Shown piece after piece: positions 23,124 to 32,000 of a stretch of 32,000 bases of DNA. Origin of the DNA: Zygophlyctis sp. KS116 (lineage: Eukaryota; Fungi; Chytridiomycota); NCBI GenBank assembly GCA_054661495.1, contig BAAFSQ010000023.1, forward strand, positions 39,810-71,809, in the 5' to 3' direction. The first letter of the stretch is position 1. The number at the start of each line of letters is the position of its first letter. The notes under the pieces are model-generated. The model did not search any database. It was given only the letters and a program-made list of their open reading frames with translations, and was not told where the DNA came from. The translations under genes were made by a program, and so were the position numbers.

Positions 23124-25663
23124 TCAGCCCTCTTCTTTTTTAATTTTAGAAGATGCATGATCATCGCCGCCTTCTGCTTTACGTTTTAATCTTGGATCAA
23201 CTCTTGTAGCAGGCGCAGGCTGGGCGATATCTCCACTTGTTTCTGCATGCGGTTGAGCCGTAATATGTGTAGGAGCTGCAGGAGCCACAACCGGTGCAGG
23301 TGGTGCAATTGATGGAGCAGGAGCTGCTACAGCCATAGGAACTGGGGCAGCTTCTTGTTTGATCTGGATTGAGGGTAGTGGGATTGGTAGTTGCACTAAA
23401 AGAGTTAAAACATCTTCAGGAGGAAGTCTAGGTCCAATATACTGTTTGGGCGTGGGAAGTAATTTAAGAAAGTCTGAAATGGGTTCCGGAAAATCAAAAT
23501 CTACTACAGGTAGATCATCAGCTCCACTATCAACTAGCGCTGCTTCTGGTTTGTATAAGACGTACTTGCTAAAGTCTGGGCGGGGATAGTTTTCTGGATT
23601 AACAGCTTCCAAACTAGCTAAACGCTTTACTTTTTCATCTAAAGATTTTGTAGCAGTTGCTATAGGCCCAATCTTTCTAGCATGAATTGAAGCTAACTAT
23701 TATTTTTATTAAAGTACCCTGACCAAGACCCAAGTCAACATCACCCACAGTATTAAGATTTAATACTTTCCATCTATTGGCTAAATAATATATGTTTTTT
23801 CCAGATCCTATATCTTCAGGGTAAGTTTCCTTCACTCTCTGAAACACTCGACCAGCATTTCCAATATCTCCATATTGATTTTCATAATCTAACCATTTTT
23901 CCCAAATATCACGACATCGGGAAGCAGTTATACCAGTGACTGCTCTTTCGAATAGTGCCCGTGTATCTACGGTAAAAAATAAACTATATTACTATTTTCA
24001 TCATTCATTGAAGTTAAAAAGTCCAAGTAATGCATTACATACAAAGGAGCATCCTCATCTCCAAGATCCATGTTTCTCATACCAACTTCAAACACCTTTC
24101 CTGCCACAACTGGGTCTTTATTACAAAAGAATTCCATATAAGCTTTTTTTAAATAAAATAATTAGAATACCAGAAGCAACAAATATATGATAAGTACACA
24201 ATGGGGATTTTCGAGCCTTACTAAATATGCTTCGAGCAGTCTTCATATTCTTATATTAGCGATTAATTATTATTACCTGCATTCTTCTAGCTGTTCTCAT
24301 GTACACAATCCAAGTTAAAGTAATCGCCTGACTTTGTTTCCTAAGTTCCTTTTTTCTTCGAACTTCAATTTTCAAGTCCACTTCTTTTTCTCTCAATTTT
24401 TGTGCCTCTCGTTCTTCTTCTCTTCTTTCTCCGTCCCATTCATTTGATTCCGTTTCAGGAACTACCATTGCCTCTAAAGACTTAATTAATGAATCCCTCT
24501 CTGCATCAAACTCTGCATTAGTTTCAGCATAATGTTTTTCCAAGTTTTCAATCAGAGTATCAAATAAAGCAACCACGTCACTATATTCATATTTAGCCCC
24601 CTCCATAATTTCAGCATAATTAAAATTTAACAACAGACTAAAAATTAGAGAAACCATGGACTGAAAATACCTTTTAGGATTTATTTCTAGGGCAGATTTC
24701 ATTATTTGAACGGCTTCATCCATTTTACCTTGATCTACTAGATATTGAGAAGCATCATACCAGATTTCAGGAAAAAATCTCAAAACTGATAAAGCAGCTT
24801 TATAAGCAAACATTATTCTTCCTTGCAAAGCATTTTTATCCTCTAAATCCATTGGATTACATGTTTCCCATACAATATATCTTTTCCAAGCCGTTATAAG
24901 TTTGACTTCACGATCATTCCAAGTGATTGGTTTTGCAACCCAATTCTTTTGTAAAACATTAATCGTATCAAAAAACCCCTTTATTTCTCTTAGTGCAGTT
25001 CTAGCCGTCATATATGGTCCAGCAGAATCCTGAATAAACTTTTTTGCCTAATATTAGAAACCAGTATGTACTGTTAATTTATTCAGATTATTTTCAAACG
25101 AATCATAATCTTTCCAGATATTTTCAATAATTGACAATGGTACTTTGACTGCTCTTTGATATAATTTTCTAATTGTTTCCATTTTCTGTTGCTCTTCAAA
25201 AGTTGAACTAGTCTAAAGAATTAGTTTGATTTGCGATTTTTAAAATTATAAATTCAATAGCAAGACTTACAAAACCTTCCTTTATAAAAGTTATATAATC
25301 CATCCAGATCGATCCTGACTCTATATCATTTCCAATCTGGGAAAGTGCAAATTCATAGGCAGATTGAATGACTTCAGGTGACTGCGCATGAGCCTGAACA
25401 ATATAACCAAGATAAAAACTCCACAATGGAACACTGTATGAAAAAGGCAAAATATCCTTGAATATGGCTTCCATTGCCATTGTATCACCTCTTTGCTGTT
25501 CGAATTCCAGCCATCGCAAGTAATAAGATTCCTCTGACGGTAAAACACTTGTGACTGCTACAAATACTTTTCTAATCTTTTCCGACTCACCTGATGCCAT
25601 TGTTGAATCTAATAGCAAATTCCAGGCATGAAGATCATACTTTTTTTTGATTGCATTCTCCAT
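23124..25663 (-). CDS. RNA14: mRNA 3'-end processing factor Rna14 / CstF-77 (HAT repeats)
   Basis: [55 protein letters not shown], Pro/Ala-rich C-terminus. Multiple short introns. Confidence 0.92.
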
Positions 25664-25896
25664 TTGAATTTCTTGTGAATTAACTCGAGTGTTGGTCGTT
25701 TTTTAAGTCTAGCGCCTCGACCCAACCCACTGTAGTAGTACAAATGGCGTCTTTTATACAAATGTCAACATTTAGAGTTGATTTGCTAGTGATTACAAAA
25801 AACTATTCATCAGTCATTAGATAGTGTGCATAAATCTATAAGACTCAAAGTACAATCACAATTGTGGAGTCTAGGGTGATTATCGGTTAGTTAGTA

Positions 25897-27029
25897 TTAA
25901 AAGCAACAATAAATATTAACATTGATTCCATGATCACGGCCTTCATTTATGAGACCTTGCAAAATATTAAAATATTCCACTTTTTCTAAATTTCCATCAA
26001 TTTTAAATGGAAATCTAATTCTTGCCTCTCTAAATGTAACTTGTGTAAATGAATGTGATGATGCAGTAATTTGAGTTTTAGGAATCCCTCCATCTTCAAT
26101 ATCAAGATACGCTTCGATCGGCACTAGATTTAAGGGACTTTAATTACTTCTTAGAGTCAAATTTTTCACATTTTTAAAGAATGAAATGTCTTTGAGAAGT
26201 AGCCCATCCTTGAAATTTGTCATTTCCCTTACTATTAAAAATATTTTTTTAAATTACCAGTCCAATTCCAAATCTTGAATTTTTAATTTTGAAATCACAT
26301 TTAAAAATTCAGACTTGAATTCATCTACTAAAGCATCTCTAAAATTTGTAATTCCTAAAAATTCCAAATTCTTAAAATTATCTTTAAAAATTCCATTGAA
26401 TTCAGATACCAACATATTAGCTGTTGAGATTTTTAGATTCTTTAAAGATTGGATATTTGATAAAAATTCTAATCCAGATAAAGGGATTCCCCAAATCTAC
26501 TATTTAAACAAATTTAGATTTGTACATGTGCACAATTAAAAGTCTGTAGATTTACACATTCACGAGCCATGTACTGAATTGTTTTCAATTTTAGATCAAC
26601 TTGATCATTATCATCAGATGTAATAATAATATGAGCCAACCGATTAGACTGATATTTTGTAAAAAGTTTAATCATCAGATCATGCTTAAAACTTGAATGA
26701 ATGATTAGAGTTGTCTAGTATTAAAAAATTTTATTTACCATTGAAATAAAATTTTTTTGTACCGTCAAGTACGATTCCAACTCTTTATAAAATTCTTGAT
26801 TTGGTGAATTTAGAGAAAATTCATAGGTGTGCGTTGAGTTTTTAAAGTTTTTTTTTCGTAAAACTAAAAGTAGTTGAGAGTCTGTTATATGTAAATGAGA
26901 TATCCAATGCGAATTGGGATCATGAATATAAGAATAAAATCCACGATTTAGCATGCATAATTTATATACTTGTGATGATGGGAGATAGAGAAACACTCGG
27001 TTCAGCACATCCCAATCGAGGCTCAACAT
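25897..27029 (-). CDS. F-box protein with degenerate leucine-rich repeats
   Basis: MLSLDWDVLNRVFLYLPSSQVYKLCMLNRGFY F-box. Short introns at about 26715-26738, 26497-26525, 26228-26257 and 26123-26147 give a continuous frame with LxxLxI repeats. Confidence 0.65.
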
Positions 27030-27040
27030 CTGACGACGCG

Positions 27041-27054
27041 CTCTGACGTCAGAG
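27041..27054. promoter_or_regulatory. Perfect 14-bp palindrome CTCTGACGTCAGAG (CRE/ATF core) in a 54-nt divergent promoter
   Basis: Seen directly between the F-box ATG (27029) and the KGD1 ATG (27084). ACGCG is adjacent at 27036-27040. Confidence 0.55.
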
Positions 27055-27083
27055 GTTAGGTTGAAAAAAAGAGGGTTAAAGTC

Positions 27084-30000
27084 ATGATTAGATTCTCTCG
27101 CAGAGCTTTATCTAAAGCCACTGAAGGATTTTTAAATGGTCCTTCTGCATCGTATGTCGAGGATATGTATGCGGCTTGGAAGACATCGCCTTCATCTGTC
27201 CATGCGTCATGGGCATCGTATTTTAAGAATGTTGATCTTGGTCAGGAAAAACCTTGGACTGCCCCGCCAAATATCATTTCTACACCCACAGATATAGGAT
27301 CGTCTCACGTTCCGTCTGAATTTCAAGATCAGATGAAGGTTCAGTTGATGGTTAGAGCGTATCAGGTATTATTGGTAATCTAAAGTTATAATTAGGTCAG
27401 AGGCCATCATTTGGCACGATTAGATCCATTAGATATTAATTTTAAAGATGTTCAGCAAGCTCCGGAATTGGATTATAAGCATTATGGATTTACAGAAGCT
27501 GATCTTTCTAGGAAATTTCATCTTGGATCTGGGATTCTTCCTGAATTTCAATCTCTAGGGAAAACAATGACACTTGAAGAGATTATTAAGGCTCTTCGAA
27601 ATATTTATTGTGGATCTATTGGAATAGGTTTATTATTATTTTTAATTTTTAGAATATGGTCATATTCCTGATAGAGTTGCTTGTGATTGGATAAGAAAAA
27701 AGTTTGAAGTTCCAGTAAAGCATAAATTTACAAAAGAACAAAAAATGATGATTTTAGATCGGCTGATGTGGTCTGATTCTTTTGAAAGATTTGTGGCGAC
27801 TAAATATCCCTCTGAAAAGAGATTTGGTTTGGAAGGTTGTGAATCATTGATTCCAGGAATGAAGGCTTTAGTAAGTTTTGATTTACTCAATTAAGATTGA
27901 CAAATCTGTCACTTTTGGTGTAAATTCAATAGTAATGGGAATGCCGCATCGTGGAAGGCTAAATGTTCTTTCAAATGTGGTGCGAAAACCAAATGAGTCA
28001 ATCTTTTCAGAATTTTCTGGATCAAAAGAAGATGCAGTTGAAGGATCAGGAGACGTCAAGTATCATTTAGGAATGGTATATATTTTTATTTAAAAGTAAG
28101 AATTATGTCCGTCCAACTCCTTGTGGGAAAATGGTTAACCTTTCTTTGGCCGCCAATCCATCTCATTTAGAAGCAGTAGATCCTGTTGTAGAAGGCAAGG
28201 TTAGGGGCATTCAGTTTTATCAGAATGATGAGACTGAGCATAGTAAAGCTATGGCTATTTTATTACACGGAGATGCAGCATTTGCTGGTCAAGGAGTTAT
28301 TTACGAAACTCTTGGATTTAGTGATCTACCTTATTACACTACTGGAGGATCAATTCATATAATTGTCAATAATCAAGTTGGTTTCACAACTGATCCAAGA
28401 TTTTCTCGTTCGACTCCATATTGTTCAGATGTCGCAAAAACTGTTTCTGTCCCTATTCTTCACGTAAATGGTGATGATGTCGAGGCCGTAGTTTTTGCTG
28501 CTGAATTTGCTGCTGAATGGCGAGCTAAATTTAAGAAACACTGTGTGATAGATATTGTTTGCTATAGACGATATGGCCATAATGAAATTGATCAACCCGG
28601 TTTCACACAACCACTCATGTATCAGGTATATATTAGAATTTTCTTAATGTAGCGAATCAACACAATGACGCCCGTAATTGAAAAATATACTCAACAACTT
28701 CTTGGGGAAGGATCTGTCACTCAGGCTGAAATAGATCAAATGAAATCTCGAATTATGGGAATGCTTGAGGAACAATATCAGGCCTCAAAGACTTATAAAG
28801 GCAATTCAAAAGAATGGGTCTCTTCCTCATGGTCTGGGCATAAATCCCCATCAGAACTTGCTTCTGAAACGGTGTCACCTCGTACAACTGGTGTGAAACG
28901 AGACACTTTAGAATATATTGGAATTAAAGCTGCAAGCTACCCCAAAGAATTTGCAGTTCATCCAAATTTGGCTCGAGTTTTAAGGTCGAGAGAACAAAGT
29001 CTTAAAGAAGGAGAAGGAATTGACTGGGCGACAGCCGAATCAATGGCTTTCGGAAGTCTCTTGGCTGACGGAGTACACGTAAGACTTAGTGGACAGGATG
29101 TAGAACGTGGAACATTTTCTCAGCGACATGCATTATTGCATGACCAGAAAAATGTAATTTGTTTTTTGATTAATATTCAGGAAGCCCAGTTCGTCCCATT
29201 AAATAATCTAGTTGGTGCCGGAAAAGTGGAAAGTCAGTCTCCTTTTACTGTTTGCAATTCTTCACTTTCGGAATTCGGATGTCTAGGCTTTGAGTTGGGA
29301 TATTCGTTAGTACACCCAAATCAATTGACTCTTTGGGAAGCTCAATTTGGAGATTTTGCCAACAATGCCCAATGCATTATAGATCAGTTTATTGCATCTG
29401 GTGAACAGAAATGGTTGCAGGTAATCGCACACGAGATTTTCTTATTATTAGCGATCGGCCTTAACAATGCTTCTTCCTCATGGCTACGATGGCCAAGGAC
29501 CCGAACATTCATCTGCTCGTATTGAGAGATATTTGCAACTATGCGATGAAGATCCTTACACGATGCCTTCATTAGATGAAAAAGGCAAAAACAGTCATGC
29601 ACGTCAACATCAAGATTGCAATTATCAAGTGGTATATCCTACTGTTCCCAGTAACTATTTCCATGTTTTGCGTCGTCAAGTTATGCGTGACTTTAGAAAA
29701 CCTGTATGTTTATTTTATTTTATCCTTTAGTTGATTGTATTAACCTCTAAATCACTCTTGCGTCATCCTTTAGCCCGCTCTTCAATTCTTGAATTTGTTG
29801 GTGGCACAAGATTCCAGAAAGTGATTCCAGAAGTTTTGCATCCCAATCCGCTATCTTCAATGGAGACCTTGAATAGCAAACGCAAGTCCTCCTGGCCTGG
29901 AAATGCAAGAGAAGCCCGAATTCCTTATTCAATGACTAGTCCTGAATACCCTGTTATTTTGGAAAACCTTGAAAAACGGGAAAGTTCAAAGCCTTCTTTA

Positions 30001-30582
30001 GAATTTAAACTATTAGCTCCCAACAAAATCAGAGCACTTATATTCTGCAGTGGACAAGTTTATTATCTCTTGGCCAGAGCTCGAGCATTGAATCAATTGG
30101 ATCATATTGCTATTGTTAGACTTGAACAACTCAACCCCTTCCCATTTTTGGAAGTAAAAGCTGTGACTGATTTCTATCCCAATGTAGAAGAAATAGTTTA
30201 TTGTCAAGAAGAAAGTTTCAACTCAGGATCTTGGAGTTTTGTTGAACCTAGATTAGAGACTAGCATTAGAGAATCTGACTGGTTCAAGTCTGGAAAGGTA
30301 ATTATTATCAAGAAGTTTTTAAATCTCTAGGGTAAAAAATGGACGGAAAAACTCGACGCTGAAAGAACACCTGGTGGTCTTTGGAATGCTAAAAAGGGAC
30401 TAAAATCTGTTCGTGGAGGAAGATTAGTCAGATATGCAGGAAGAGACATTTCTGCAGCTCCTGCAACCGGAATTAAGAAAGTTCATGCCTTTGAGGAAAA
30501 AACCCTTGTTGCTGAAGCATTCTTTGGAGGTGAATTAATACCTGTAAAAAGTGTTGAACAGGGTATTCCTAAATTCATATAA
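27084..30582 (+). CDS. KGD1: 2-oxoglutarate dehydrogenase E1 component, mitochondrial
   Basis: [75 protein letters not shown]. Nine introns of 24-33 nt. Confidence 0.97.
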
Positions 30583-30678
30583 AAAAGAAAAGCTTTTAAT
30601 TATTATTTTTCAAGTGCATGACGATCTATTGGGAAATTTTACTGATAGTAGGTCAATCAGGTAACTGATTTACTGATC

Positions 30679-31725
30679 ATGAAGTTGTTATATCTGTTTT
30701 TAGGATTTGCATTTGCTGCTTCAAAGATCAAACTCAATGTTCCAAGTCTAAAGCGACTAAATCCTCTAAATATAATTCCTATAGCTGTTTGGAAGCCCAG
30801 ACACTTAAATTTACTAGATCATAACACTAAAATGGTGCAATTTGTAATAACTCTAAAGATTTCTTTCCAAACCAATTTTTCTGATCATATCGAATCCATT
30901 TTAGATGATCGCGATCTTATTTCAACTCTTTCTAGGCAGTGGTTGGACATATCATCAGTTGACCGGCTTAAAATCTATGAATTATTGCGTCCAACTTCAG
31001 AATTTGCATTAGATACTCTAGAAAGAATACTAAAAATGGATATTTTGGATAGACCTATCAATGAGAAATACTTTTTGTTATGTCTTTGCACAATGATTAT
31101 TGGGAGGATGGACTGGAATTCTTTACCATTTAACTTTTTATACAATTTATTAAGAGATCATTCAGATGTAGTGGTAGATTACATACCAGATTCTACTTGG
31201 TTGTCTCTAAACATTGATCGAGCGGAAAGATTATTGGATTTAAATATAAGATCTGTCTCTAAACATGTTCAAACACTCAAGTTTAAATTTGCAGATGATA
31301 TCGTGAAACCAAAAGTACAAGTATTGTCTTTTTTGCCACGTTTTTTTTCAAAAAAGTTTGTGTACAATCCTCAAGAAATTATCACGGAAGGTGGATTTGA
31401 TCAAAATAGTATTTTCAGTATGAATATTTCCTTGGTCAAATCAGATTACAATAGGATAAAATTCAAGTTCTCATTTGATCCAAGGACAAGACTTATTCCT
31501 GAATTTTTTGTATCTCTTGAAACTGTTGATGATTCAACTGTTTTAAGTGGACAATTGATCTTTTTAGAGCCAAAATATAAATCTTTAGTAATGGAGGAAA
31601 TATCAAATGGGTCCTCTATAGTATCTAATGAATTGGACAAATTTATAGATTCACGACATCTAAAACACGGTTCAGAGTATAGACTGATTTTCAGATTGAT
31701 GAGGCTAACTCCAATCAATCAATAA
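30679..31725 (+). CDS. Hypothetical secreted protein
   Basis: 348 aa ORF with signal peptide MKLLYLFLGFAFA. Possible in-frame 24-nt intron at 30835-30858. Confidence 0.65.
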   Translation: MKLLYLFLGFAFAASKIKLNVPSLKRLNPLNIIPIAVWKPRHLNLLDHNTKMVQFVITLKISFQTNFSDHIESILDDRDLISTLSRQWLDISSVDRLKIYELLRPTSEFALDTLERILKMDILDRPINEKYFLLCLCTMIIGRMDWNSLPFNFLYNLLRDHSDVVVDYIPDSTWLSLNIDRAERLLDLNIRSVSKHVQTLKFKFADDIVKPKVQVLSFLPRFFSKKFVYNPQEIITEGGFDQNSIFSMNISLVKSDYNRIKFKFSFDPRTRLIPEFFVSLETVDDSTVLSGQLIFLEPKYKSLVMEEISNGSSIVSNELDKFIDSRHLKHGSEYRLIFRLMRLTPINQ

Positions 31726-31838
31726 TATCTTTTCAATAAAATTCTAGTTCTTCATATATTAGATATTATATTGTTGGTATACAAAAATATTGCTGATCAG
31801 CTAAAGCGATCATTTTTTCCTGTACTGTAAAATCATTC

Positions 31839-32000
31839 ATGAAAATCATTATTCCTCTGCTAATAATCATGATTGGTCATGGGGCGTATGGCAAAATAGA
31901 TCAGTCAATCAAAGGAGTAATCTCCAATCCGACTAAAGCTTATAATGCTCTTGCACTTGTAAAGCCTCGTCTTGCTGATTTACCATTGCATCTTTTACAA
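31839..32000 (+). CDS. Hypothetical secreted protein, 5' part; runs off the window edge
   Basis: MKIIIPLLIIMIGHGAYGKIDQSIKGVISNPTKAYNALALVKPRLADLPLHLLQ, open to the window end. Confidence 0.55.
   Translation, partial: MKIIIPLLIIMIGHGAYGKIDQSIKGVISNPTKAYNALALVKPRLADLPLHLLQ

Noticed and set aside
1-32000. CRISPR arrays, tRNA/rRNA genes, transposons or prophage
   Set aside because: No repeat-spacer arrays, cloverleafs, transposase/RT motifs or terminal repeats were seen. The window is almost entirely coding.

Overview
This is a eukaryotic, AT-rich and extremely gene-dense nuclear window in the standard genetic code. It most likely comes from a zoosporic (chytrid-type) fungus: fungal genes (CDC3-type septin, WHI5-like, NAM9, RRG7, PKH/PDK1, Pcl cyclin, fungal protoglobin) sit beside flagellar genes (IFT81, ZBBX-like). 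About 22 protein-coding genes can be reconstructed. Most are split by very short GT-AG introns of about 24-33 nt, which is why the ORF track is fragmented. The most notable points are: (1) co-oriented genes separated by only 1-36 nt, including RNA14 TGA-A-ATG RRG7, which suggests polycistronic or interleaved transcription; (2) a possible 24-nt intron that would fuse ETR1 in frame to the septin; (3) a single long (256 nt) intron, in GlyRS, that holds a box H/ACA snoRNA candidate whose guide matches the LSU rRNA helix-69 region; (4) a non-AUG (UUG) mitochondrial-type N-terminal extension on a WHEP-bearing GlyRS; (5) recurring ACGCGAAA and CTCTGACGTC motifs in very small promoters. All homology calls come from motif recognition by eye, not from database searches.
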